Origin: a virus
Reading direction: 5' to 3' (one strand)
Length of the DNA: 64,000 nt
Virus record (IMG/VR): IMGVR_UViG_3300046318_000188
Span: 32,001-96,000 of that record
Under the pieces are notes generated by a model that did not search any database, was not told the origin of the DNA, and saw only the letters and a list, made by a program, of their open reading frames with translations. Position numbers and translations under genes: made by a program. This document shows positions 1-10,014 of the stretch, piece after piece (the stretch's first letter is position 1; every line of letters begins with the position of its first letter).

Positions 1-1
1 G

Positions 2-379
2 GACATATTTGCACCAGGTAATAAGATTACTTACAACCCACTAAACATACATTTCTTGGTTGATGAGAAGTTACAGTCATGGCAAGAATTACACGCTTGG
101 TTCCGTTCCATCGCATCTCCAGAGAGTTTTGATGAGAGAAAAAGGTTGGGCACACTCCAGAACCAATACTCTTTAGGCGGAAAAAGACCACAGGCATATT
201 CTGATGCCACACTAACGGTATTATCATCCTTGAATAACCCTATTTTAAGGGTCAAATTCTACAATATGTTCCCAATTACACTTTCGGATATCATATTCGA
301 TTCCGCACAATCGGCAGATGATGTAATTTCAGCGGATGCGGTATTCATATTTGACTATTTTGATTTTGAATACGCTTGA
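2..379 (+). CDS. gp3: T4-like tail completion/tail tube terminator protein gp3 (5' truncated by window)
   Basis: Frame open from base 2; 'SDATLTVLSSLNNP..VKF..FP..LS' resembles gp3; gp3-uvsY-uvsW synteny of T4-like phages. Confidence 0.7.
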   Translation, partial: DIFAPGNKITYNPLNIHFLVDEKLQSWQELHAWFRSIASPESFDERKRLGTLQNQYSLGGKRPQAYSDATLTVLSSLNNPILRVKFYNMFPITLSDIIFDSAQSADDVISADAVFIFDYFDFEYA

Positions 380-404
380 CATTTAATTAATATTATGTTA
401 TATT
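376..404 (+). promoter_or_regulatory. sigma70-type promoter upstream of uvsY
   Basis: TTGACA-N17-TATATT. Confidence 0.6.
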
Positions 405-429
405 AAAGGTTTAGATACCTTTTTATATT

Positions 430-864
430 ATGGAAAACTTAGAACAAATACTGAAATTGTGGGAAAAAGATGCAGACATTGACCAGACAGAACCTGGTAA
501 AGAACTGCTGAAGATTCCAAAACTACACAACCAATATCTCTCCATTCTTACCAAACACAAGATTGCTTCCAAAAAGGCACATTTTGATTACTTGCGTATG
601 CGTAAAGTAAAACTCGACTATTATGCCGGAAGAATGGATCAAGAAGATTTAGAAAAATATGGATGGCAACCTTTTGCCTTTGTATTGAAGTCTGATATCA
701 ATGCCTACTTAGAAGGCGATTCGGACCTTATTAAATTATTAGAGAAAAAAGTATATCACGAAGAATCTGTTTCTGTTGTTGAATCAATCATGTCTGAATT
801 GAAACAGCGAACATGGCAGTTGCGTGATTTTATATCATGGGAAAAGTTCATTGGCGGACAGTAA
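430..864 (+). CDS. uvsY: Recombination mediator UvsY
   Basis: 144 aa helical protein, 'KIPKLHNQYL...YYAGR...YLEGDSDL...KQRTWQLRDFISWEKF'; between gp3 and uvsW. Confidence 0.85.
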   Translation: MENLEQILKLWEKDADIDQTEPGKELLKIPKLHNQYLSILTKHKIASKKAHFDYLRMRKVKLDYYAGRMDQEDLEKYGWQPFAFVLKSDINAYLEGDSDLIKLLEKKVYHEESVSVVESIMSELKQRTWQLRDFISWEKFIGGQ

Positions 865-2350
865 TTTAATAATATCCAAAAAAGATGAAGTATATGTAAA
901 GATAACCTGTGAGAAATCAATCGCAAAAGAGTTATCGGAGTTTTTCACATTCTTTGTTCCTGGTTATCAGTTTGTTCCGGCATTTAGAAACAGAGTTTGG
1001 GATGGAAAGATAAGACTCCTGAATTTACAGAGTTCCACTTTATATCGAGGACTTCTGTATTATGTGGAACAGTTCTGTAAAGAAAGAGGTTACACATTTG
1101 AGTATCAAGATGGAGTAGATACAGAAGATGAATACTCCAAATATCATGCAGAAAAGTTTATTAAAGAATTGGACATTCACGGCCGTGGAGAACCAATCGA
1201 AGTAAGAGAACATCAAATTGCGGCATACATTCATGCTATGCAAAAAAAGAGAGCCTTGTTGGTATCACCAACCGCATCAGGTAAATCTCTTATCATCTAT
1301 CTACTCTTTCAACAGTTATACAAATATCAAAATTTAAAAGGACTTGTAATTGTTCCAACCACATCTTTGGTTGAACAGTTATATTCCGACTTTGCCGATT
1401 ATAACAATGAAAATATGGAACCATTTCTTCATCGTATCTATCAAGGTAAAGAAAAAGACACAGACAAACCGTTGACAATATCCACTTGGCAGTCTTTGTA
1501 TAAAATGCCAAAAGAATATTTTGAACAGTTTGATTATATTATTGGTGACGAAGCACACCTATTCAAAGCACAATCTCTTACCACCATTCTTACCTCATGT
1601 ATCAATGCCAAGTATAGATTTGGATTGACAGGTACTTTAGATGGAACTAAAACACATAAACTGGTACTCGAAGGTTTGTTTGGTCCAGTTAAGAAAGTAA
1701 TTACCACAAAAGAACTGATAGACAAAGGTCAAGTATCCAATTTTGATATTAAATGTTTGTGCCTTAAACATGATGATAAGATATCTAAATTAATTAAAGA
1801 AAAAGCGACATACCAAGAAGAAATTGCTTATCTGATTTCCTGTGAGGCAAGAAATAAATTCATTAAGAATCTGGCGGTTAGCTTAGGTAAAAATACTTTG
1901 GTGTTGTACCAAATGGTTGACAAACATGGCAAAATACTGTATGATATGATTAAGAACACCAAGAACATTGGTGATAGAAAAATCTTCTTTGTGCATGGTG
2001 GAGTTGATGCTAATGATAGAGAAGAAATAAGAAGAATTATGGAGATTGAACAAGATGCAATTGTCGTTGCTAGTTTTGGCACTTTTAGTACTGGTATTAA
2101 TATTAGGAATTTGCATAACATTATATTTGCAATGCCAACTAAATCGAGCATACGAACTTTGCAATCAATTGGACGAGGCTTACGACAGAGTGAAGGCAAA
2201 GAAATTGCCACTCTCTACGACATCTCGGATGACCTCAGAGTAGGTAAACATATGAATCACACTTTAAAACATTTCGTGGAGAGGGTTCGTATATATACTG
2301 AGGAGAAGTTCCCATTTAAAATCTATAAGATAGGACTAAAAAATGGATAA
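851..2350 (+). CDS. uvsW: SF2 DNA helicase UvsW
   Basis: WDGKIRL, Walker A SPTASGKS, DEAH, QSIGRGLR; probable TTG start at 851 (ORF open from 824). Confidence 0.93.
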   Translation: MADSNLIISKKDEVYVKITCEKSIAKELSEFFTFFVPGYQFVPAFRNRVWDGKIRLLNLQSSTLYRGLLYYVEQFCKERGYTFEYQDGVDTEDEYSKYHAEKFIKELDIHGRGEPIEVREHQIAAYIHAMQKKRALLVSPTASGKSLIIYLLFQQLYKYQNLKGLVIVPTTSLVEQLYSDFADYNNENMEPFLHRIYQGKEKDTDKPLTISTWQSLYKMPKEYFEQFDYIIGDEAHLFKAQSLTTILTSCINAKYRFGLTGTLDGTKTHKLVLEGLFGPVKKVITTKELIDKGQVSNFDIKCLCLKHDDKISKLIKEKATYQEEIAYLISCEARNKFIKNLAVSLGKNTLVLYQMVDKHGKILYDMIKNTKNIGDRKIFFVHGGVDANDREEIRRIMEIEQDAIVVASFGTFSTGINIRNLHNIIFAMPTKSSIRTLQSIGRGLRQSEGKEIATLYDISDDLRVGKHMNHTLKHFVERVRIYTEEKFPFKIYKIGLKNG

Positions 2351-2720
2351 TATTAAAATAGTCAGATTAAAGAATGGTGAAGATATTGTTGGTCAATTAA
2401 CCAATGTCGATGATTCATACGATGTTGTTGAACCTATGACCGTGGATGTAGAGTATCGTGGTAAAGAACCTGGATTGGTAATGCGTCATTGGTTACCTAT
2501 TCAATTGGTAAAGTATAATGAGATTACTATTAAACAAACGGATGTTCTTTGTGTTTTGGAACCTTCAGAAGATTTTGCTGAGTATTATATGAATACTGTG
2601 GAAAAAGTTCACGACTTGCTTAAGGCAAGAAACCTCGTAGACGAACTTGATGATGATGAAGTAAATGATATTATGGATGCTTTAGATGAATTACAACAAC
2701 AAGGGAATACATTACATTAA
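2343..2720 (+). CDS. Conserved T4-like protein, Sm-like fold
   Basis: 'IKIVRLKNGEDIVG' N-terminus; usual position between uvsW and gp55. Confidence 0.65.
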   Translation: MDNIKIVRLKNGEDIVGQLTNVDDSYDVVEPMTVDVEYRGKEPGLVMRHWLPIQLVKYNEITIKQTDVLCVLEPSEDFAEYYMNTVEKVHDLLKARNLVDELDDDEVNDIMDALDELQQQGNTLH

Positions 2721-2757
2721 TGGTTCCTTATATTACTTTCAACCAAGGACATACTCG

Positions 2758-2786
2758 ACTATACACACTTGTCAAGCATATGTCAA
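2758..2786 (-). promoter_or_regulatory. Antisense sigma70-like promoter upstream of gp55
   Basis: Minus strand TTGACA(2786-2781)-N17-TATAGT(2763-2758). Confidence 0.45.
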
Positions 2787-2804
2787 CAACTAATTATGGT
2801 AAAT

Positions 2805-3362
2805 ATGATAACACCTACTCCTAAACCTCCTAAGAAACCTAAACAGTATGTTAATAATGGTGACTTTCTTGCTGCCTTGATTGACTACAAAGAAAAGTGT
2901 AAAGAGAATAAGAAGAACAAAGTAGAACCTCCTCCTATTCCTAATTACATTGGTGAGTGTTTTATGAAGATAGCAGAAGGTTTATCACACAAACCTAACT
3001 TCATTAACTATACCTATCGTGACGAAATGATATCGGATGGTATTGAAAACTGTATAATGTATTTCAATAACTTTAATCCAGAGAAGTCTAAAAACCCATT
3101 TGCTTACTTTACTCAAATCATTTACTATGCCTTTTTACGAAGAATACAAAAGGAAAAGAAACAGACTTATGTTAAGTACAAAGCCACAGAGATGATTGGT
3201 ATTCTTGATGAGTTTGAAATGCTTGAATTTGAAGATGGTACCACCAAACAGTTTGAACTCTATGATAACATTGGTGAATTTATTGAGAATTATGAAGAAG
3301 CTAAAGCAGCCAAAAAAGTGGTAAAGAAACCCAAAGGTATTGAAAAGTTCTTAGGAGAATGA
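2805..3362 (+). CDS. gp55: Late-transcription sigma factor gp55
   Basis: 'YVNN..FL', 'KPNFINYTYRDEMISDGIENC', 'NPFAYFTQIIYYAFLRRIQKEKKQ'; start uncertain (2796/2805). Confidence 0.93.
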   Translation: MITPTPKPPKKPKQYVNNGDFLAALIDYKEKCKENKKNKVEPPPIPNYIGECFMKIAEGLSHKPNFINYTYRDEMISDGIENCIMYFNNFNPEKSKNPFAYFTQIIYYAFLRRIQKEKKQTYVKYKATEMIGILDEFEMLEFEDGTTKQFELYDNIGEFIENYEEAKAAKKVVKKPKGIEKFLGE

Positions 3363-3366
3363 TATA

Positions 3367-3585
3367 ATGAGAGAAGCATTTAAAGTATTATTGTTTTTAG
3401 CTATATGTTTTATTGTGATTAAGGATGTGAATCAGTATGTAAATTATAGGCTTGATTCACAACTATATGAAATTATGGCTAAAAAATATAACTGTACATT
3501 TTTAACCCCTTCAGCCAGCAGAGCCGATGTTGGTATGTTTGACTGTGAAGGAAAGATTACATTTAAGAAATTAGAATCTGAATAA
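3367..3585 (+). CDS. Hypothetical protein with N-terminal hydrophobic segment
   Basis: AGGAG RBS; 72 aa. Confidence 0.55.
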   Translation: MREAFKVLLFLAICFIVIKDVNQYVNYRLDSQLYEIMAKKYNCTFLTPSASRADVGMFDCEGKITFKKLESE

Positions 3586-3586
3586 A

Positions 3587-3757
3587 ATGTATCGAGTGCA
3601 CTATTATAATACATCAGGAGAACTAAGAGAAAAAGATTTAGAATCTCTTGATGGTGTGTGGCAATTTGTTAATAAGTTACCAAAAGAATCAGTATCGGAA
3701 ATACAACATTATGAAAATAGCGATAATTACAGACCAACATTTTGGGGCGAGGAATGA
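3587..3757 (+). CDS. Small hypothetical protein (56 aa, MYRVHYYN...)
   Basis: Read manually; fills the gap before gp47 and overlaps its start. Confidence 0.5.
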   Translation: MYRVHYYNTSGELREKDLESLDGVWQFVNKLPKESVSEIQHYENSDNYRPTFWGEE

Positions 3758-4781
3758 TTCAATTCATTTCTTAGATTATTATGAAAAGTTCTACAAAGAT
3801 ACATTCTTTCCAACTATTGATAGCCACAATATTACTACTGTGCTTATTCTCGGTGATACTTTCGACCGTAGAAAATATGTAAACTTTTATTCCTTGAAAC
3901 GAACCAAGGAAATGTTTTTTGATGAGTTGGCCAAACGTGGTATTAAAGTACATATGTTGGCAGGTAATCATGATACTTATTTCAAAAATACCAATGATGT
4001 TAATTCGGTAGACCTATTGCTCCGTGAATATGATAACATTAATGTCATCGATAAACCCACAACAATCAATTTAGATAATATTCCAATCTGTATGATTCCA
4101 TGGATTTGTCCAGAGAATTATGGCGATTGTTTAAAAGAGATGGAAGATACAAACGCTGACCTTTGTATGGGTCATTTTGAAATTGCCGGATTTGCCATGC
4201 ATCGTGGTATGCCATCACTTGAAGGATTAAATCGTGATATCTTTAGACGCTTTGACCGTGTTTTCAGCGGTCATTACCATCATCGTTCTAGCTCTGATAA
4301 CATCACATACCTTGGAAATCCTTACGAACTCACCTGGCAAGATTATAATGATCCAAGGGGCTTTCATATTTTTGACCTTGACACTTATGATAATGAGTTC
4401 AATCCTAATCCTAATGTAATGTTCCACAGAGTTATCTATGATGACCGTGAAGAATCTATTACAGAAATTAATAATAAAGATTTAAGCAAGTATACCAATA
4501 CCTATGTTAAGGTTGTGGTAGTCAACAAAACTAATCCTTATCTGTTTGATAAGTTCATGAACCATTTATATGAAGTTAATCCAATCGATATTACCATTGC
4601 CGAAGATATGGTGGACTTGACAGAAGGTGTAGAAAATGATATGATTAATGAAGCTGAAGATACTATCACGATTATTAATAAATTTGTGGATGGTATTCAA
4701 GAAGAACATATTGATAATGATAAACTCAAAACAGTATTAAAAGAACTGTATGTTGAGGCACTTAACCTAGAACAGGCATGA
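3711..4781 (+). CDS. gp47: Recombination nuclease subunit gp47 (Mre11/SbcD-like)
   Basis: Metallophosphoesterase motifs ITDQHFG, GDTFD, GNHD, GHFE, SGHYH. Confidence 0.93.
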   Translation: MKIAIITDQHFGARNDSIHFLDYYEKFYKDTFFPTIDSHNITTVLILGDTFDRRKYVNFYSLKRTKEMFFDELAKRGIKVHMLAGNHDTYFKNTNDVNSVDLLLREYDNINVIDKPTTINLDNIPICMIPWICPENYGDCLKEMEDTNADLCMGHFEIAGFAMHRGMPSLEGLNRDIFRRFDRVFSGHYHHRSSSDNITYLGNPYELTWQDYNDPRGFHIFDLDTYDNEFNPNPNVMFHRVIYDDREESITEINNKDLSKYTNTYVKVVVVNKTNPYLFDKFMNHLYEVNPIDITIAEDMVDLTEGVENDMINEAEDTITIINKFVDGIQEEHIDNDKLKTVLKELYVEALNLEQA

Positions 4782-6493
4782 TTATATTCCAAAAGGTTCG
4801 TTGGAAGAATTTTCTTTCAACCGGGAACGCATTTACAGAAATTGATTTTCAAAGGTCACCAAACACACTCATCATTGGACATAATGGTGCAGGTAAATCC
4901 ACAATATTGGATGCCTTGTGTTTTGGTCTTTTTGGTAAACCATTTCGTAAGATTAACAAACCACAATTACTTAACTCCATCAATCAACAGGCCGCTGTTG
5001 TGGAGATTGAATTTGCAATTGGTAAAAAAGAATATAAAGTAATTCGTGGTATTAAACCAAACACATTTGAAGTTTATCTTGGAGATAAGTTACTTGACCA
5101 AGATGCCAAAGCAAAAGATTATCAAGAGTTCTTAGAGAAGTTTATTCTCAAATTAAATTATAAGTCATTTACTCAAGTTGTTATTTTAGGTTCAGCATCA
5201 TTTGTTCCATTTATGCAACTATCTCCGGCAGACCGTAGAGCAATCATTGAGGACCTACTAGACATTGGTATTTTCTCCTCAATGAATGGATTAGTTAAAG
5301 AGAAGATGTCTGAGATTAAAGACCTCAATACAAAAACCAAGTATGAAGTAGATTTGACCAATGAACGAATTAGTTTTCAAAAGCAAAGTATTGAAGAACA
5401 TAAGAATCGGTCTGATGCAGAGATTACAAAGAAACGAAAAGAGATTGCCGATTCTGTTGACCAAGTATTTACATTGGAAAGAGATATTGAATTAATCCAA
5501 AAACATATTGATGTATTACAAAGCAAAATTTCTGACCATATGTCGGTACAAAAGAAAAGTGCCAAACTATTACAGTTAGAAGCTAAGTTGGAATCTCGTA
5601 TTAAAAAGATTGATAAAGAGGTAACATTTTATGAAGAACACTCCGATTGTCCAACCTGTAAACAAGGAATTGGAGAAGAATTCCGAACTGGACAAGTTAC
5701 TACTCTCAATGGGACTAGGGGAGAAGTCACTACAGCCTTATCAGATATCGCTACTCAAATTGCTACAACAAGCAAACGATTCGAAGAAATTCAAAATGGT
5801 CTTAAACACATCACGGCACATAACAACGAGGTCGTCAAGCATAATTCAACAATATCTGCAATTAACAAATTCACTACAAAACTCCAAAGAGAAGTAGAAG
5901 AACTTCAAAACCATAAAGATACTTCTGAAGAAGATAATGAGAAGTTAAAAGAATTGCGGGAGCAGTTATCCGCACTCAGTACCAAGATGGAACAACTAGC
6001 AACCGAGAAACAATATTATGAATTTGCTGGTTCTTTACTGAAGGATACTGGTATCAAAACAAAGATTATTCGTCAGTACTTACCTATTATGAATAAGTTA
6101 ATTAATAAGTATTTGTCTGCAATGGACTTCTTTGTGAATTTTAATATTAATGAGAACTTTGAAGAAACAATTAAATCTCGACACCGTGATGAATTTGGTT
6201 ATGCCAATTTCTCTGAGGGTGAGAAGATGCGTATCGACTTGGCTTTGTTATTTACATGGCGACAGATTGCTAAGTTAAAGAATAGTACCAATACCAATTT
6301 ATTAATTTTGGATGAGGTGTTTGATTCCAGTTTAGATACTGTTGGTACAGAGGAGTTCTTGAAGTTGATTCATGAAATGGGAACAGATACAAATGTGTTT
6401 GTTATCTCACATAAAGGTGACCAATTGTTTGATAAGTTTAGGTCAATTATTAAATTTAAAAAGGTAAACAATTTTAGTCAGGTTGAAAAATGA
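4778..6493 (+). CDS. gp46: Recombination ATPase gp46 (Rad50/SbcC-like)
   Basis: GHNGAGKS, CPTC zinc hook, FSEGEK signature, LILDEVFD. Confidence 0.95.
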   Translation: MIIFQKVRWKNFLSTGNAFTEIDFQRSPNTLIIGHNGAGKSTILDALCFGLFGKPFRKINKPQLLNSINQQAAVVEIEFAIGKKEYKVIRGIKPNTFEVYLGDKLLDQDAKAKDYQEFLEKFILKLNYKSFTQVVILGSASFVPFMQLSPADRRAIIEDLLDIGIFSSMNGLVKEKMSEIKDLNTKTKYEVDLTNERISFQKQSIEEHKNRSDAEITKKRKEIADSVDQVFTLERDIELIQKHIDVLQSKISDHMSVQKKSAKLLQLEAKLESRIKKIDKEVTFYEEHSDCPTCKQGIGEEFRTGQVTTLNGTRGEVTTALSDIATQIATTSKRFEEIQNGLKHITAHNNEVVKHNSTISAINKFTTKLQREVEELQNHKDTSEEDNEKLKELREQLSALSTKMEQLATEKQYYEFAGSLLKDTGIKTKIIRQYLPIMNKLINKYLSAMDFFVNFNINENFEETIKSRHRDEFGYANFSEGEKMRIDLALLFTWRQIAKLKNSTNTNLLILDEVFDSSLDTVGTEEFLKLIHEMGTDTNVFVISHKGDQLFDKFRSIIKFKKVNNFSQVEK

Positions 6494-7059
6494 GTGAATT
6501 TATTACAATCAATACCACAGAAGCGGTAAAAGAAACTCCCAAGATTAGGCAAGAAACAATATTGCCTTTGGTACCAGAAAATCATACATTACTATCACAG
6601 GTAATGCCTCAATGGGACTTTAAAAATCCTCCGATGAATCCAATAGAACTGGCATCAAACCTTGTTGATACTTGCCGTAAAAACCACGGTTATGGATTAT
6701 CTGCCAATCAATGTGGATTACCATATCGTGTATTCGTAATGGGATATGACCAAGAGTTTGTGGCATTTTTTAATCCAAAGATTATTTCCACGGAAGGTGA
6801 ATGTCACATGATAGAAGGATGTTTATCTTTTCCATTTTTGGCATTAAGGATTACCAGACCAGAAATCATTAATGTGGAATACCAAGATTATGAAGGTAAT
6901 ACCAAAACATCTAAGTTTGCCGGTATTTCCGCAAGATGTTTTCAACATGAGCTTGACCATATGAATGGTATCGTGTATACTAGTAAAGTTAAACCTATGG
7001 CTATGCAAATGGGTATGCAGAAACGAAATAAAATTTTAAAGAAATTGAAACTTAAATAA
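6490..7059 (+). CDS. def: Peptide deformylase
   Basis: GYGLSANQ, EGCLS, QHELDHMNG motifs. Confidence 0.92.
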   Translation: MSEFITINTTEAVKETPKIRQETILPLVPENHTLLSQVMPQWDFKNPPMNPIELASNLVDTCRKNHGYGLSANQCGLPYRVFVMGYDQEFVAFFNPKIISTEGECHMIEGCLSFPFLALRITRPEIINVEYQDYEGNTKTSKFAGISARCFQHELDHMNGIVYTSKVKPMAMQMGMQKRNKILKKLKLK

Positions 7060-8324
7060 TGGCAACTCCAATTGAATTTGTAGAAGAACAATGGGAAAAA
7101 TGGTCAGAATCCAACCCTCCTTCTAAATTTGAACATATCGATGAAGGTCATATGAAAGAAGTCCTTATCAAGGATTTAACATATGCTTCACAAATGGATG
7201 TTCGTGAATATACTCTATACCAAAAATGGTGTGAAGTGAAAGAGAGATATCCTGTACATGAAGTTTCTACACTATTCGGACAAGATGTTCAGATGGTGGA
7301 TCCCGAACAAAGAAAATTGGTTGACAAGGTTAAGAAAAACTTTTGGATGCCAGAAAGTCCAGATGATTATGAGAAATTGAAACCTGTTATGGTTCTTTCA
7401 AATGGTACTGGTGCTGAAACTTGGAATGCCGTTCGTACCTTTTCTTCCACTATGAAGAACAATAGTAACATTGGCCGTAATCTGTTTTACATTCTTACCG
7501 ATGAAGTAACTGGCAAATATCTTGGAGTTATTTGTATCTCCTCAGACTTCCTGGACTTGACTCCAAGAGATAATGCAATAGGATGGTCGAGAGATATTAA
7601 AACACAGCAGCACATGATTAATCATACTGCAATTGGATCCACAATCGTTCCTCTACAACCACTCGGTTTTAATTACATGGGTGGTAAGTTATTGGCATTA
7701 ATGTGTTTATCTGATACAGTTCAGAAAGATTGGAAGCGACAATATGGTGATACATTGGTTGGAGTTACTACTACTTCTCTTTATGGCAATACTAAGTCTG
7801 GCGGTCTATCTCAATATGATGGACTAGAACATTGGAATAAAATGGGATTCTCCTCAGGTTCTGTGGCATTTGAACCGAGTAGAGCAACCAAAAAATTAGT
7901 ATTTGATTGGATTAAAGAGAATCACACTCGCAAATATTTTGAATGGTGGGAAGCAAAGAATCAACAAGGCCTTCCACTTAAGCGTGACCATAAAAATCGT
8001 TCTTTGAATTTTGCTTATTCTAAACTTGGTATTCCAAAAGAATTAATTCGTACAGAACATCAGCGTGGTATCTATTTTAGTCCGTTATACAATAACACTA
8101 ATGAATTTCTCCGTAAAGAAATTACAGATGAGCAGTTGGTAAAATCATTTGATACCAGCGAAGAAGCTTTATCTACTATTTGGAAAACAAAATATGCCAA
8201 AGGTAGAATCCGTCAATTACAGAAAAAGAATAATGTTTCATATGAAACTCTTTTCTATGACGATTTAATTGAATTATCTTGGGAAGAAACCAAGGCAAAG
8301 TATTTGCCACAAGTTGGCAGATAA
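7059..8324 (+). CDS. DUF4338 / Druantia DruA-like protein
   Basis: 'IVPLQPLGFNYMGGKLLA', 'TTTSLYG...SQYDG'; paralog at 32454. Confidence 0.6.
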   Translation: MATPIEFVEEQWEKWSESNPPSKFEHIDEGHMKEVLIKDLTYASQMDVREYTLYQKWCEVKERYPVHEVSTLFGQDVQMVDPEQRKLVDKVKKNFWMPESPDDYEKLKPVMVLSNGTGAETWNAVRTFSSTMKNNSNIGRNLFYILTDEVTGKYLGVICISSDFLDLTPRDNAIGWSRDIKTQQHMINHTAIGSTIVPLQPLGFNYMGGKLLALMCLSDTVQKDWKRQYGDTLVGVTTTSLYGNTKSGGLSQYDGLEHWNKMGFSSGSVAFEPSRATKKLVFDWIKENHTRKYFEWWEAKNQQGLPLKRDHKNRSLNFAYSKLGIPKELIRTEHQRGIYFSPLYNNTNEFLRKEITDEQLVKSFDTSEEALSTIWKTKYAKGRIRQLQKKNNVSYETLFYDDLIELSWEETKAKYLPQVGR

Positions 8325-8345
8325 TCAAGTATACCACACGAATAC

Positions 8346-8375
8346 TTGACAAACACACCTAGATAATGATATGAT
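8346..8375 (+). promoter_or_regulatory. sigma70-type promoter
   Basis: TTGACA-N18-TATGAT. Confidence 0.5.
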
Positions 8376-8428
8376 GTGTCCACTTGCATAACGCAAGGTT
8401 TTTTATTAACTTACTATGGAGTTTTACT

Positions 8429-8701
8429 ATGAAGAAGCAATTATCCGCTAAGCAAAAAATGTTGGCAACTTTGAAGAAATCAGAAGGTTACAATACTTTC
8501 ACAACTGCTCAAGCACAAAGCCGTTTCGGCATCACCAATGTTTCTGCTCGTATTGATGAATTGCGCCAAGAAGGCCATGTAATCTATACCAATAAACGCA
8601 CCCTAGAAGATGGTCGTAAGATTACTTACTACCGTATGGGAACACCAACTAAATCATTGGTACAAAAAGCACTCAAAGCTGGTTATTCATTTACTGCCTA
8701 A
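8429..8701 (+). CDS. Winged helix-turn-helix DNA-binding protein
   Basis: 'TTAQAQSRFGITNVSARIDELRQEGHVI' HTH pattern; GGAG RBS. Confidence 0.7.
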   Translation: MKKQLSAKQKMLATLKKSEGYNTFTTAQAQSRFGITNVSARIDELRQEGHVIYTNKRTLEDGRKITYYRMGTPTKSLVQKALKAGYSFTA

Positions 8702-8713
8702 TCTGTGTGTAGT

Positions 8714-8750
8714 AAGAGGGGTTCGCTGAGAGGCGATACTCCTCTTTTTT
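8714..8750 (+). terminator. Intrinsic terminator
   Basis: AAGAGGGGT..TCGC/GCGA..ACTCCTCTT hairpin followed by T tract. Confidence 0.75.
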
Positions 8751-8771
8751 ATTATTATTTTCGGAGAACAA

Positions 8772-9590
8772 ATGGAAATCACAATCAAAAAAGAAGAGCT
8801 ACAAAAGAAAAGCCTATTTGTTGCCACACCCATGTATGGTGGTGTAAACCACGGACTATACATGAAAGCTTGTTTAGATTTACAAGCAATTTGTATGGCA
8901 TACAATGTTCAAATCAAATTCTCATTCCTGTTTAATGAGTCCCTAATTACACGAGCAAGAAACTACCTTGCTGATGAGTTCATCCATCGTTCTGACTGCA
9001 CTCATATGCTGTTCTTAGATTCTGATGTTCATTTCAATCCACAAGATGTTATTGCTTTATTGGCCATGGACAAAGATGTATCTGGCGGTCCTTATCCAAA
9101 GAAAGCAATCAAATGGAAATCTGTTATCAAAGCAGTACAAAAGAATCCAGATATTGATGCCGGACAATTAGAAAAAGTTACTGGTGATTATGTGTTTAAT
9201 CCTGTTAAAGGTACAGCACAATTCTCCGTTACTGAACCCCTACAAGTTTTAGAAATTGGTACCGGCTTCATGATGATTAAGCGTGAAGTGTTTACCAAAA
9301 TGGCTGAAGCTTATCCCACAATTCGTTATAAACCTGACCATGTAGGCCAAGCAAACTTTGACGGCTCACGATATATTCATGCTTACTTTGATACAGTTAT
9401 TGACACTAAAGATTCAATTGTTGGTGGTGGTTCTGACCGTTACCTTTCAGAAGATTATATGTTCTGTCAAATGTGGCGTAAGATTGGTGGAGATATCTAC
9501 CTTTGCCCATGGATGAAAACATCACACATTGGTACATATCACTTCCAAGGAGATATGCCAGCTGTTGCTAATTTTGTCGGAGAAATGTAA
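8772..9590 (+). CDS. Glycosyltransferase-like (GT-A) protein
   Basis: 'VATPMYGG', 'ESLITRARN', 'FLDSD' DxD, 'GTGFMMIKR', 'SEDYMFC'. Confidence 0.7.
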   Translation: MEITIKKEELQKKSLFVATPMYGGVNHGLYMKACLDLQAICMAYNVQIKFSFLFNESLITRARNYLADEFIHRSDCTHMLFLDSDVHFNPQDVIALLAMDKDVSGGPYPKKAIKWKSVIKAVQKNPDIDAGQLEKVTGDYVFNPVKGTAQFSVTEPLQVLEIGTGFMMIKREVFTKMAEAYPTIRYKPDHVGQANFDGSRYIHAYFDTVIDTKDSIVGGGSDRYLSEDYMFCQMWRKIGGDIYLCPWMKTSHIGTYHFQGDMPAVANFVGEM

Positions 9591-9991
9591 TGTCAAATTT
9601 TGTTATGTCCGAATTGACCGAAAAAGAAAGAGCAATTGATAAATTGGTTTCAGAAGCACCTTATCATCCTGGTTATGAAGATGCAGCAATGGCGCCAAAA
9701 GAAGTTGGCCGTAAATTTGATGGTGGCAAACTAGAATATGGTTTGTTACCACCACTAGCATTAGAAGAAACAGTTAAAGTATTAACTTTTGGTGCTCAGA
9801 AATATGAAAGAGATAATTGGCAAAAAGTACCTGATGCCAAACGTAGGTATTTTGATGCGTTACAACGGCATGTTTGGGCATGGAAACAAGGTGAACAGAT
9901 TGACCAAGAATCTGGTATACATCACTTGGCACACGCAATGTGCTGCTTGATGTTTCTGTATGAACATGATATAATGTATTCTAAGTCGTAA
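9590..9991 (+). CDS. dATP/dGTP diphosphohydrolase-like (DUF5664)
   Basis: 'GRKFDGGKLEYGLLP...LTFGAQKY..DNW...RH...D.ESG..HLAHA'. Confidence 0.8.
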   Translation: MSNFVMSELTEKERAIDKLVSEAPYHPGYEDAAMAPKEVGRKFDGGKLEYGLLPPLALEETVKVLTFGAQKYERDNWQKVPDAKRRYFDALQRHVWAWKQGEQIDQESGIHHLAHAMCCLMFLYEHDIMYSKS

Positions 9992-10014
9992 ATTTTTACA
10001 TAATGGAGAAATAA

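Noticed and set aside
7059-8324. Complete Druantia defence system
   Set aside because: Only DruA-like genes are present; no DruE helicase or other partners.
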